DNA from: Phycisphaerales bacterium
Lineage (GTDB): Bacteria > Planctomycetota > Phycisphaerae > Phycisphaerales > UBA1924
Direction of reading: 5' to 3'
Length of the DNA stretch: 64,000 nucleotides
Assembly (NCBI GenBank): GCA_020849105.1
Contig: JADLGW010000044.1
Location: forward strand, 13,683 to 77,682
Part shown: piece after piece, positions 36,129 through 45,025 of the stretch
Layout of the letters: every line of letters begins with the position of its first letter
Position numbering within the stretch: position 1 is the first letter of the stretch
Made by a program: the position numbers and the translations under genes
The notes under the pieces: model-generated
Database searches by the model: none
What the model was told of the DNA's origin: nothing
The model's input: the letters and a program-made list of their open reading frames with translations, nothing else

Positions 36129-36602
36129 TCATCGCTTGGCCCTGCGCTCCGCGAGTTCCTTGATCATCTTCAGCCCGTGCTCCCAGCCCTCGGGCATCCC
36201 GCCCGCGTGCTCGGCCGGGATCAGCCCCATCGCCCGGTGCACCAGCGACAGTCGCGTGCCCTTGCCCTCCGCGGCCAGCCGGTACTGCACATGGTTCACG
36301 GCGGGGTACGACATCGGCATCGGGCCGGTCAGTTCCAGGAGCACCGGGGCCTTGATGACCTGCACATGCCCCCACAGGTGCCCGAACTTGTGCCCCCCGG
36401 CGTTGCCTCGGTCGCGGTACCAGCGGCCGCCCGGCCAGGGCTCGATGGTCATGGGGAACGGCGTGCCGTCGGGCATTCGGCTTCCAGGCCCAAGTTCCTC
36501 CAGCAGGGCCTCGAACGATGCTTCCGGCGAGGCCGCGATAAACACGTCCTTGCGGATGTCAATCGTGTGGATGGTTTCGCTCTCGGTGGCCGTTGTCATC
36601 AT
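36129..36602 (-). CDS. SRPBCC (AHSA1-like) domain protein
   Basis: 157 aa. TIHTIDIRKDVFIAASPEASFEAL... Classic position directly downstream of an ArsR gene. Confidence 0.75.
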   Translation of the reverse strand: MMTTATESETIHTIDIRKDVFIAASPEASFEALLEELGPGSRMPDGTPFPMTIEPWPGGRWYRDRGNAGGHKFGHLWGHVQVIKAPVLLELTGPMPMSYPAVNHVQYRLAAEGKGTRLSLVHRAMGLIPAEHAGGMPEGWEHGLKMIKELAERRAKR

Positions 36603-36975
36603 GCTCCCCTTTCAATGGGTTGTGCGACTCTCTCGCCGACCTCGACTCCCGCTCGATCCGCTCCGCGCGGGCCCTCACCCGCTCCAGTTGGCTCTCCCAG
36701 AACCGCTCGAAGTGCCGCACCCAGTCGTACACGGACCTCAAACGCCCGCCGTTCACCCGGTACACGCGGCGCCTCCCGCGTCGCTCGACGGTGACCAGCC
36801 CAGCCCGCCGCAGCACGCCCAGACTCTTCGAGACCCGGGGCTGGGGCCACCCGAGTTCCTGGACGAGCCCTGTGACATCCCGCCCCTCGTCACGGGCGAG
36901 CGCGCCCAGCACGCGCCGGCGGCCCGGCTCGGCGATGGCCGTGAAGGCGTCGGATTGGTTGGGAATGCGGGGCAC
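36559..36975 (-). CDS. ArsR/SmtB-family transcriptional regulator
   Basis: FTAIAEPGRRRVLGALARDEGRDVTGLVQELGWPQPRVSKSLGVLRRAGLVTVERRGRRRVYRV is a wHTH with no CxC metal motif. Its 3' end overlaps the next ORF by 44 nt. Confidence 0.85.
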   Translation of the reverse strand: MPRIPNQSDAFTAIAEPGRRRVLGALARDEGRDVTGLVQELGWPQPRVSKSLGVLRRAGLVTVERRGRRRVYRVNGGRLRSVYDWVRHFERFWESQLERVRARAERIERESRSARESHNPLKGEHDDNGHRERNHPHD

Positions 36976-37087
36976 ACTGACAATATATCCTCAATCAGGC
37001 ATATGTCAAGCGGCCGCGGCGCGGCGACCGGGCTTGCCTGACCCCGAAGGGCCGGGGCACGGCGGCGGGCTTCGGTACCATCCCTCG

Positions 37088-37690
37088 ATGTCCAGCGCAT
37101 TCTGGGATGAGCGGTACGCAAGCGATGGCCTGGTCTATGGCGCAGCGCCAAACGAGTTCCTGGCCCGGATGGCGGCGCTGTTCCCGAGAGTGGGGCGGGC
37201 ACTGGACATCGGCGCGGGCGAGGGCCGGAACGCCCTGTTCCTGGCGTCGCTCGGGCTGGACACGCTGGCGGTGGACCAGAGCGAAGTCGGCACGCGGAAG
37301 GCCCGGCGCCTGGCGGAGGCTCGCGGGCTGAGCCTGCGCACACTGGCCGCGGACCTTCGGGATTTCGGCGCCGAGCCGGGCTCTCTGGACGTTGTCAGTT
37401 CGATCTTCGTGCACCTTCCGGCGGACCTTCGCGCATCGGTGCACCAGCGCATCGGCGTGTGGCTGCGTCCGGGCGGCGTGTTCGTGCTCGAGGCGTACGC
37501 TCCCGACCAGGTGGAGCGGGGCACGGGCGGACCCAAGGACCCGGCGCTGCTCGCGCCCCTGGGGGTGATCGTGGGAGAGTTGGCCGGTTTGGTGATCGAG
37601 CATCAGGCCGCGCTGATCCGTGATGTCTCCGAGGGGCAGTTCCACACGGGGCCGGCTTCCGTGGTGCAGGTGGTGGCGCGAAGGCGTTAG
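37088..37690 (+). CDS. Class I SAM-dependent methyltransferase (TehB-like)
   Basis: Inner ATG at 37088. WDERYASDGLVYGAAPNEFL and motif I ALDIGAGEGRNALFLA. Confidence 0.85.
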   Translation: MSSAFWDERYASDGLVYGAAPNEFLARMAALFPRVGRALDIGAGEGRNALFLASLGLDTLAVDQSEVGTRKARRLAEARGLSLRTLAADLRDFGAEPGSLDVVSSIFVHLPADLRASVHQRIGVWLRPGGVFVLEAYAPDQVERGTGGPKDPALLAPLGVIVGELAGLVIEHQAALIRDVSEGQFHTGPASVVQVVARRR

Positions 37691-37697
37691 GCGGTCC

Positions 37698-39080
37698 CTA
37701 TACCGAGGCTTGCTGCTGTTCCTCGATGGCTTCCTGCACCCCTGTCTTCGGTGTTCCCAGCCGGCCCAGGCGGCGGAGGTCCGGCAACCACCAGGCCACG
37801 ACGATGACGATGGCGATGGTCCCGATGCCCCCGCTGACGACACTGATGAGCGGCGTGAAGAGGCGTGCAACGAGCCCGGATTCAAAGCCCCCGAGCTCGT
37901 TCGAGGACTCGATGAAGACGCTGTTGACGGCCGAAACACGCCCGCGCAGGGCGTCCGGCGTGCGGACGCTCACGAGCACATGGCGGATCACCACGCTGAC
38001 GCCGTCCAGTGCCCCGAGGCTCACGAGCAGCGCCAGCGAGAGGCCGAGGTTGGTCGAGAACCCGAAGCCCACGGTGCACGCGCCGAAGCCCGCAACGCAG
38101 AGCAGGAGGGTGCGGCCGGCGTGCTCGAAGGGTCTGCGGTGCGCCAGCAGCAGCGCGACGGCCAGTGCGCCGACGAACGGCGCCGACCTCAGCGCTCCCA
38201 GCCCGACCGGGCCCACATGCAGGATGTCCCTGGCGTACACGGGCATGAGCGCGGTCGCACCGCCCAGGAGCACGGCGAGCAGGTCCAGCGCGATCGCGCC
38301 GAACACGGTCTTCTCCCGCCAGACGTGGCGGGCGCCCTCGAGCATCCCCGGCAGGAGCACCGAGGGGCGCACCGCGTGCCCGATCGAGATGCCCCCGGCC
38401 GCCCTCCGCACCAGATCGGGGTAGGGCCGGACCATCGTGCATCCGAGCGCCAGCGCGAGAGAACTCAGCGCCGCGATCCCGTACACCGGCCACGCCACAC
38501 CGTGCGCAGCGCCCGCTCCGTCACGCCCCATGCCGAGCGCTGCCGAGAACCAGATGAGGCCGCCCGCGGCCAGCGGGCCGACCATCGCGGCGAACTGGAA
38601 GACGCCGCTGTTCCATGCGACGGCGTTGTGGAAGCGTTCCGGCCGGACGATCTGCGGCAGGAGGCTCGCGCGGCTCGGGCCGTTGAACACACGGGCGCAC
38701 CCCGTGAGCGCGACGAGGATGTAGATCCAGGCAACGCTGACCCCGGCGGCGGAGCCGAGGCACAGGAAGAGGCTCGTGAGGGCAAAGCCGACCTGCGTGA
38801 ACATGAGAACCTTGCGACGGTCCAGCAGGTCCACGATCTGCCCGGCCGGGAGGGCAAGGGCCAGCACCGGCAGGGCCCGGGCCAGCGACACGAACCCCAG
38901 GGACAGCGGATCGCTGGTCTTGTCGTAGACCTCCCAGGCGAGCGCGGTGCCCTGCATCTGCAGGCCCATGCTCGCCAGCACCCACCCGCCGGCGAAGTAC
39001 CGGTAGTTGGGCTCGCGCAACGCGGCGTAGGGGTCGTGCTTCTGCGGCCGCGGCGGGGATGCGGTCGATGTGGCGCTCAC
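37698..39080 (-). CDS. MFS transporter
   Basis: About 12 hydrophobic helices. N-terminus YRYFAGGWVLASMGLQMQGTALAWEVY. I prefer GTG 39080, because the TTG at 39221 would abut the divergent gene's RBS. The start is uncertain. Confidence 0.8.
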   Translation of the reverse strand: MSATSTASPPRPQKHDPYAALREPNYRYFAGGWVLASMGLQMQGTALAWEVYDKTSDPLSLGFVSLARALPVLALALPAGQIVDLLDRRKVLMFTQVGFALTSLFLCLGSAAGVSVAWIYILVALTGCARVFNGPSRASLLPQIVRPERFHNAVAWNSGVFQFAAMVGPLAAGGLIWFSAALGMGRDGAGAAHGVAWPVYGIAALSSLALALGCTMVRPYPDLVRRAAGGISIGHAVRPSVLLPGMLEGARHVWREKTVFGAIALDLLAVLLGGATALMPVYARDILHVGPVGLGALRSAPFVGALAVALLLAHRRPFEHAGRTLLLCVAGFGACTVGFGFSTNLGLSLALLVSLGALDGVSVVIRHVLVSVRTPDALRGRVSAVNSVFIESSNELGGFESGLVARLFTPLISVVSGGIGTIAIVIVVAWWLPDLRRLGRLGTPKTGVQEAIEEQQQASV

Positions 39081-39232
39081 GGGGGTGGAGGGTACCGGCT
39101 CTCCGCGGCCATGCTGCGGGCGCCGTTCCCCTTGAGGGGGGTAGCGACGGGCGCTATTGTCGCCCTGCCGGTCGGCGGCCTGAGGGCCGCGGCGGGCACT
39201 GCGCGGGGCGCCAACAAGCAAGGGAGAGGACG

Positions 39233-39661
39233 ATGCCGGGCACCCTGATTGAGCCGTACCTGTTCTTCAACGGGCGCTGCGAGGAGGCGTTCAACTTCTA
39301 CGCCAAGGCCCTGGGGGCCAGGATCGAGCGGACCGTGCGTTACAGCGAGAGCCCGGAAAAGCCCCCGGGCATGCAGCCCGGCATGGAGGCCAAGATCATG
39401 CACGCCAGCATGGTCGTGGGCGGGGCGCGCGTGATGGGGTCGGACGGCTGCATGGGGGCGGAGACGAAGTTCGACGGGTTCTCCCTGTCGCTGGCGTCGG
39501 CGATCCGGGGCGATGTGGAGAAGTGGTTCGCGGCGCTCTCCCAAGGGGGCAAGGTGACGATGCCGCTCGTCAAGACCTTCTGGTCCCCGCTGTTCGGCAT
39601 GGTCACGGACAAGTTCGGTGTGGGCTGGATGGTGAGCGTCGTGCACGACGTGCCGAAATAG
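39233..39661 (+). CDS. VOC-superfamily protein (PhnB/YjdN-like)
   Basis: ATG at 39233 follows GGGAGAGGA. IEPYLFFNGRCEEAFNFYAKALGA...TFWSPLFGMVTDKFGVGWMV. Confidence 0.85.
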   Translation: MPGTLIEPYLFFNGRCEEAFNFYAKALGARIERTVRYSESPEKPPGMQPGMEAKIMHASMVVGGARVMGSDGCMGAETKFDGFSLSLASAIRGDVEKWFAALSQGGKVTMPLVKTFWSPLFGMVTDKFGVGWMVSVVHDVPK

Positions 39662-39753
39662 AGAGGCTGACAGCCGGCGCCGCGCCCGCGTCATTGGGGC
39701 GCGACATGCCGCCGGAAGTACCCGGCCGCCGAGCGCGATCGGGTGCGCGGCAT

Positions 39754-41199
39754 CTACGCCTTCACGATCGGCGCCACGGGATAACTGCCCTCGAGGATCG
39801 CCTTCGCATCCGCATTCAACCAGCCCTGGAGCACGCCGGCGTAGACGCTGCGGAAGTCGATGCGGTGCCTCAGATCACCGTCGTCCAGGTCCGTGAGCGA
39901 CGGGTGCTCGCCCAGCACACCGGCCTTCACCATCGGGCCGCACAGGAACATCGGGGCCGCGGTGCCGTGGTCCGTACCCTGGCTGGCGTTCTGCCCGACG
40001 CGGCGGCCGAACTCGCTGAACGACATGGTGAGCACGCGCCCGTCCTGGCCGGCGGCCTTCAGGTCCGCGTAGAACGCCCGCAGGGCCGAGGCGAAGCGCC
40101 CGAGCAGTTGCCCGTGTCCGCCCTGGGCCCCGCCCTGGCCGGCGTGCGTGTCGAACCCGCCGAGTTGCACGTAATAGACGCGCGTCGGCAGCCCGCCGCG
40201 GATCATCGCGGAGACCATCTGCAGTTGTTGGGCCAGCGGATTGCCGCCGGGGTACTCGGCCATCGGCTTCTGACGCACGGCTTTGCGGATCAGGTCGCTG
40301 GAGACCTGGGCGTCCAGCGCGGTGCGCATGAGGAACGCGGCGTTGGAGTCCGGGTTGATCGTGTCCGGCATCGGCCGACCCTGCATGTCCTTGTACGGCC
40401 CGGCGAGGGCGGGGTCCACGTCCTGCCCGATCCACCTGAAGAGTTCCTCGCTCTCGAAGGAAACGGGCTTGACCTTCTGACCCTGCATCGCCAGCGGGGC
40501 CGAGCGCCCGATCGCGATACCCGGCATGGACGACTGCGCGGCGACGACGTCGATGGTGGCACCGGTCTCCAGACCGGTGGTTCCGCGGACACCGCTCTGG
40601 AGAGCGGTGCCACCAAGAGCGGTGCCACCAAGAGCGGTGCCACCGGGAGCGGTGCCACCGGGAGCGGTGCCGCCGGGAGCGGTGCCGCTCTCGCCCTTGC
40701 CGTATCCGCAGCACTGGGCGTCGAAGTACCGGCCGAGCCAGCCGTTGCCTGTGGCGGTCGTGTCGGCGGTCTGCCAGATGTCCATGGACTTGAAGTGCGA
40801 GCGATTGGGGTTGGGGTAGCCCACGCCCTGGACGATGGTGCACAGACCGTCCTCGTAGAGGTCCTTGAGCGCGGTCATCTGCGGGTGCAGCCCGACGCCG
40901 CTGGCCCTGGACAACTTCAGCACCTGATCTGCCGGCACGCCGATGCCCGGGCGGGCGTTGTAGTACTCCTTCATGCCGTAGGGGATCACGGTGTTGAGCC
41001 CGTCGTTGCCGCCGGAGAGTTGCACGACAACCAGCACGTGGTCCTGCGGCACGCCGGGGATTGACGACATCCCGAGCCCAGGCATCGGAAGGCCCAGCGC
41101 CGAACGGTTCAGGAACCACGGCACGGTCGCGGCGGCCGAGGCCATGACGAGCCCGGAGTGCAGGAACTCGCGTCGTGTAAAGGCCGTGCGATCACTCAT
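39754..41199 (-). CDS. DUF1501 (sulfatase-fold) protein with Tat signal
   Basis: MSDRTAFTRREFLHSG twin-arginine leader. NDGLNTVIPY and GTDHGTAAPMFL motifs. Contains an in-frame G-T-A-P/L pentapeptide repeat. Confidence 0.88.
   Translation of the reverse strand: MSDRTAFTRREFLHSGLVMASAAATVPWFLNRSALGLPMPGLGMSSIPGVPQDHVLVVVQLSGGNDGLNTVIPYGMKEYYNARPGIGVPADQVLKLSRASGVGLHPQMTALKDLYEDGLCTIVQGVGYPNPNRSHFKSMDIWQTADTTATGNGWLGRYFDAQCCGYGKGESGTAPGGTAPGGTAPGGTALGGTALGGTALQSGVRGTTGLETGATIDVVAAQSSMPGIAIGRSAPLAMQGQKVKPVSFESEELFRWIGQDVDPALAGPYKDMQGRPMPDTINPDSNAAFLMRTALDAQVSSDLIRKAVRQKPMAEYPGGNPLAQQLQMVSAMIRGGLPTRVYYVQLGGFDTHAGQGGAQGGHGQLLGRFASALRAFYADLKAAGQDGRVLTMSFSEFGRRVGQNASQGTDHGTAAPMFLCGPMVKAGVLGEHPSLTDLDDGDLRHRIDFRSVYAGVLQGWLNADAKAILEGSYPVAPIVKA
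40606..40690 (-). repeat. 15-nt tandem repeat, about 5.7 copies, inside the DUF1501 CDS
   Basis: Plus-strand units starting at 40606, 40621, 40636, 40651, 40666 and 40681: GGTGCCACCAAGAGC x2, GGTGCCACCGGGAGC x2, GGTGCCGCCGGGAGC, plus a partial unit. They encode GTAPGGTAPGGTAPGGTALGGTALGGTAL. Confidence 0.9.
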
Positions 41200-41226
41200 G
41201 GTGAACTCCTCACTCTTCGCTCTCGG

Positions 41227-42798
41227 CTAGCACAGTTGGTACTCCGGCATCGCGGTGATCAGGAGGAGCATCGCGATCAGCGCGTCCCGGTCGGCCGTTG
41301 CGCGCCCCGCGGTGAGCATAGCGACGCTCGAAGGCTCGGCCCGGCCGACCGTCAATCGCAGGAGCGCGGCCGCGGCGTGGGCCGGGTCCTTCTCGGCGCC
41401 GGGTGACTTCCGGGCCATCTCCGCCAGCAGCGGCGCGGGGTCGTACCGCTCGGCCGCCGCCAGGGCGTCGAACCCCCGCGTCTTGCGCCCGGTCAGCAGG
41501 AACGTGAGGATGTTCTGCCGCACATACAGCGTGGACGTGTTGATCCACGAGCGTCCGCCGTCCCAGCCCTTGACGCTCGGCGGGAGCAGGATGTTCTGCC
41601 CCATCAGGTCCATCGCGTCCAGCAGCACCGCGAGTTCCCGTACCGGCGTGCCGAGTGAGCGGATCGCGCCGACGACCAGTTGCACCGGCGACTTGATCTG
41701 CTGCCCCATGACGATGGGGTCATAGAAGTGCTCCGAGAGCAGGAGCCGCCGGAGCAGGGGCTTCACCTCATAGTTGGCGCTCGCCAGGGTCTCCGACAGG
41801 TCGTCCAGGACCCGGCGCGTGGAGCGCCCGGTGTCGTCCTCCCGGTCCGGCAGGTCGGCGGCGAAGAACCGGTAGAACTTGCGGGCGATGTACCGGGGGC
41901 AGGCCCGCTGCGCCAGGATCGCCCGCACGAACTCGTCGCCGTCGAGTGAGCCCTTGGCTCCCAGCACGTGCTTCATCCCCTGGTCATGGTCCCGCTGGCG
42001 GAACACGAAGCCGTCGTCGTAGAACGTGTACCCGGTGAGGGCCCGAGCCCCCTCCTTGATGTCCGCCTCGCTGTAGTTTCCCACGCCCAGGCTGAACAAC
42101 TCCATGATCTCGCGGGCCAGGTTCTCGTTGGGGTGGCCCTTGCGGCTGTCGTTGTTGTCGAGGTACGCCAGCATCGCCGGGTCGCGGATGATGTCCGCGA
42201 GCAGTTCACCAAAGTTGCCGGCCGCGTGGGACCGGAACAACTGGTTCTGCGCGTACATGTGGTAGGAATCTTCGATGGTGCGGAAACTCGTGGCGAAGTG
42301 CCCGTGCCAGAAGAGCGTGAGTTTCTCTTCCAGGGGCCGGGGGCTCTCGATCATCCGAGTCAGCCACCACTTCTGCACGTCGCGGGCCTGCCGCCGGTCC
42401 TCGCGCTCGCGCTCCTGGCGCATGACCTGGAGCCGGGCCAGCGTGTCCTCGTCGCGCTGGCGGCGGGCCTGGGCGGCCATCCGGCGCTGCTCGTCGGTCG
42501 CGGGCCGGATCAGATCCCTGCTGAACTGTTCGGCCGTAGGGGCGGGGTAGTCCTTGCCGCTGAAGTCCAGGAGCGTGTCTACCGCTCGCTCCGGGCCCCA
42601 GGCAACAAGCGCCTCGATCTGCCCGTCGGGCCCCCCGAACCCCGCCCGCCAGAGCAGGTGCCGCGCCTCCTCATACCCGAACGCCGCGGGCTTGATGGGC
42701 CGCATCGATGCCGTCGGCTCGTGCGACGTGGCGGGTGGCCTGGACGGGGACGGGGAACTGGGCTGGACCATCGCGATCTCCGCAGGATGGTTGGGCAA
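41227..42798 (-). CDS. DUF1800 domain protein
   Basis: LLWRAGFGG, LTLFWHGHFATS and LAYLDN motifs. Sits immediately upstream of the DUF1501 gene (27-nt gap, GAGGAG RBS). Confidence 0.85.
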   Translation of the reverse strand: MPNHPAEIAMVQPSSPSPSRPPATSHEPTASMRPIKPAAFGYEEARHLLWRAGFGGPDGQIEALVAWGPERAVDTLLDFSGKDYPAPTAEQFSRDLIRPATDEQRRMAAQARRQRDEDTLARLQVMRQEREREDRRQARDVQKWWLTRMIESPRPLEEKLTLFWHGHFATSFRTIEDSYHMYAQNQLFRSHAAGNFGELLADIIRDPAMLAYLDNNDSRKGHPNENLAREIMELFSLGVGNYSEADIKEGARALTGYTFYDDGFVFRQRDHDQGMKHVLGAKGSLDGDEFVRAILAQRACPRYIARKFYRFFAADLPDREDDTGRSTRRVLDDLSETLASANYEVKPLLRRLLLSEHFYDPIVMGQQIKSPVQLVVGAIRSLGTPVRELAVLLDAMDLMGQNILLPPSVKGWDGGRSWINTSTLYVRQNILTFLLTGRKTRGFDALAAAERYDPAPLLAEMARKSPGAEKDPAHAAAALLRLTVGRAEPSSVAMLTAGRATADRDALIAMLLLITAMPEYQLC

Positions 42799-42964
42799 CC
42801 ACTCTAACGCTTTCCAGTCGGCCCGATTGCACAGCCTCTTCTACCGCGTCTCGTGGCGCAGTCGTCCCGCCTGTGTCTACCCCGCCCCCTCACATCCCGA
42901 ACGACCCTGCCCGCCACTCATCGGTATTTCCGGCCCTGTTTCGCGGATCGCCGACAATCTAGGC

Positions 42965-43399
42965 GTGAACCCGCACCCCGAGCCCGGCCGTTTCCCTCTT
43001 GGTCCCGGCGCTTCGGTCCCCGAATCTGCCCTCCGCTTCACGTTCGTCGCCAGCGGCGGGCCCGGCGGCCAAAACGTCAACAAGCGGGCGACCAAGGCCG
43101 AACTCCGCGTCGCCGCGGCCGACCTCAGGTTGCCCGAGCCCACGCGGGCACGCCTCGTCCGCCTCGCCGGCCGGCGGCTGGTGGACGGCGACCTGGTCTT
43201 CACCTCCGAGGTCCACCGCTCCCAGGGCCAGAACCGCGCCGAGTGCCTGGACCGCCTGCGCGAACTCGTCCTGGCCGCCCTCACCCCGCCCCGCCCGCGC
43301 ACGAGGACCCGCCCCAGCCGCGGCTCCGTCGAACGCCGCCTCGAATCCAAGCGCCACGCCTCCGAAACCAAGCGGCGCCGACGGCGACCGGGTGATTGA
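42965..43399 (+). CDS. arfB: Alternative ribosome-rescue factor ArfB (peptidyl-tRNA hydrolase, GGQ domain)
   Basis: GTG at 42965. SGGPGGQNVNKRATKAELR and a basic C-terminal tail (SKRHASETKRRRRR). About 144 aa. Confidence 0.85.
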   Translation: MNPHPEPGRFPLGPGASVPESALRFTFVASGGPGGQNVNKRATKAELRVAAADLRLPEPTRARLVRLAGRRLVDGDLVFTSEVHRSQGQNRAECLDRLRELVLAALTPPRPRTRTRPSRGSVERRLESKRHASETKRRRRRPGD

Positions 43400-43463
43400 C
43401 CGGCCCGCCTGTATTTCCCTTCTGCTTCGTGCCTCTGTGACTCAGTGCCTTTGTGCCTTCTTC

Positions 43464-44690
43464 CTACGGGCACCCCATCGCGAACTTCGTCTGGAAGCAC
43501 GCGAAATCGGCGAGGTTCCTTACCCCATCACCGTTGCAGTCCGCATACGCCTCACCCAGCGCAAACTTCGTCTGGAAACCCCCGAAGTCCGCCAGGTTGA
43601 GCGCCCCGTCGCCATTGCAGTCGGGATAACAGTCGCAGCCATAGGAAGCCCATTGCCCGGTGGACAGGCTGAAGCTGCCCGCAACGACGATCTGATCCTG
43701 GTACGGCGCCATCGCCGAAATCGTTGCATCGACTCCCGGGTCCATTGAATGCCACGCCGCCCCGTCCCAAGCCGCAACCGAACGCGAGGGTGCGCCGCCG
43801 ACCCCGGTGAAGTCGCCGCCGACAACGAGATGGCTGCCACGGACGATGAGCGCCCCCACCATCATGAGACCTTGCACGGCACCCACCGCTTCCCACTGGA
43901 ACCCGTTCCACCTCGCAAACTTATTCACCGGTCCTGAGAATACTCCCCCAGCGTATATGTCCCCCCCAAACTCGCGGACGGCAAGAACAGGGGAAAAATC
44001 GACACCGAAGAGTCCGGTAGCAAAGCCGGACCAGTCGTCGCCATTCCACCGTGCCACGTTGTTTGCCGGAACGCCGTCGGCATCATAGAAGAGTCCTCCC
44101 GCGACCAGCCCTTCTTTGGATGGACATAGGGCATACACGGCGGGATTATTCAGGTAAGCGCCGGTCATGCCCCCTCTAAGTGGGCGCCAACTCTTGCCGT
44201 CCCATCGGGCAATGCATTGCGCCGGGTTGCCGCCGGCACCATTGAATGATCCACCGATTATCAGTTCGCCCTCCCACTCGCAGCACGAATAGACGGCGCC
44301 CCCCTGTACCCCTATGCCGAGGGTGTGCCATTCGTCGCCGTCCCACGCTGCTACGCGACCAGCCGGAATCCCACCGGCAACCGAGAATGCGCCGCCCGCA
44401 ACCAGCTCCCCTTCATACTGCACAAGAGCCCACACCTGGCCGTTCACCCCAGTCCCGAGCGGCGACCACGCGCCGCTCGGGGCTCGGCGCGCCAGGTACT
44501 TGATTTGATTGCCACCGGCGGTCGCGAACTGTCCGCCCAAGACAAGCTCGTTGTTATACTCAGCGCAAGCGTATACATATGCCAAACCACCGCCCACACC
44601 GGCGGAGACTGGGTACACCGTCCACTCAGGAATGCACTGACCCAGTGCGGACGGCACCAGTAACGCCGACACGAAACAGACAGGCCTCAC
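43464..44690 (-). CDS. Secreted beta-propeller-like repeat protein with dockerin-like tail
   Basis: About 7 repeats of ~50 aa of the form (A/V)A(R/W)WDG..W..LG.G..G.V.A....G.L..GG.F..AGG. Signal-like VRPVCFVSALLVPSALGQ if the GTG at 44690 is used, which overlaps the upstream stop as GTGA. Terminal CYPDCNGDG...GCP. ATG 44726 is the alternative start. Confidence 0.8.
   Translation of the reverse strand: MRPVCFVSALLVPSALGQCIPEWTVYPVSAGVGGGLAYVYACAEYNNELVLGGQFATAGGNQIKYLARRAPSGAWSPLGTGVNGQVWALVQYEGELVAGGAFSVAGGIPAGRVAAWDGDEWHTLGIGVQGGAVYSCCEWEGELIIGGSFNGAGGNPAQCIARWDGKSWRPLRGGMTGAYLNNPAVYALCPSKEGLVAGGLFYDADGVPANNVARWNGDDWSGFATGLFGVDFSPVLAVREFGGDIYAGGVFSGPVNKFARWNGFQWEAVGAVQGLMMVGALIVRGSHLVVGGDFTGVGGAPSRSVAAWDGAAWHSMDPGVDATISAMAPYQDQIVVAGSFSLSTGQWASYGCDCYPDCNGDGALNLADFGGFQTKFALGEAYADCNGDGVRNLADFACFQTKFAMGCP
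43467..43631 (-). repeat. Dockerin-like Cys-rich C-terminal module, copy 4
   Basis: CYPDCNGDGALNLADFGGFQTKFALGEAYADCNGDGVRNLADFACFQTKFAMGCP. Confidence 0.9.
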
Positions 44691-44974
44691 CTGCGCCTCC
44701 CGCTCTCGAGATATAGCATGAAGCACATGAAGTCACGGCTCGTGAGCACACCGTCATGGTCGCAGTCGGCACGCGCGTCACCTGACGCGTAGCGGCTACG
44801 GAAGCACGCCAAGTCGGATAGGTCGACCACCCCATCGGTTGGCAGCACCCCGCGCCTCCCGGTCCGTCCAAGGACCATTTCAGGCCGAGATGCTTTAGTC
44901 TGCCCCAGAGTGCCCATCTTGTCAAGGGTGATCTTCTTCGAATTCTGCCAATCCATGATCTTCGCACGCCGCAT
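44687..44974 (-). CDS. Small ORF (95 aa) that is little more than a degenerate dockerin-like module
   Basis: MRRAKIMDWQNSKKITLDKMGTLGQ...PTDGVVDLSDLACFRSRYASGDARADCDHDGVLTSRDFMCFMLYLESGRRR. No signal peptide. About 55% GC. Its stop overlaps the GTG of the next gene. Confidence 0.45.
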   Translation of the reverse strand: MRRAKIMDWQNSKKITLDKMGTLGQTKASRPEMVLGRTGRRGVLPTDGVVDLSDLACFRSRYASGDARADCDHDGVLTSRDFMCFMLYLESGRRR

Positions 44975-45025
44975 GGCGAATCGCCTGACAGTCCCGGAAT
45001 TCGCCAGCGCATAGGCTCCTGCCGT

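Noticed and set aside
33907-39661. Genomic island integrated at tRNA-Pro, covering the cluster of DUF and stress genes.
   Set aside because: There is no integrase, no direct repeat of the tRNA 3' end, and GC and codon style look like the rest of the chromosome.
40606-40690. Tandem 15-nt repeats as a CRISPR array.
   Set aside because: The units are contiguous with no spacers, far shorter than CRISPR repeats, and lie in frame inside a conserved CDS.
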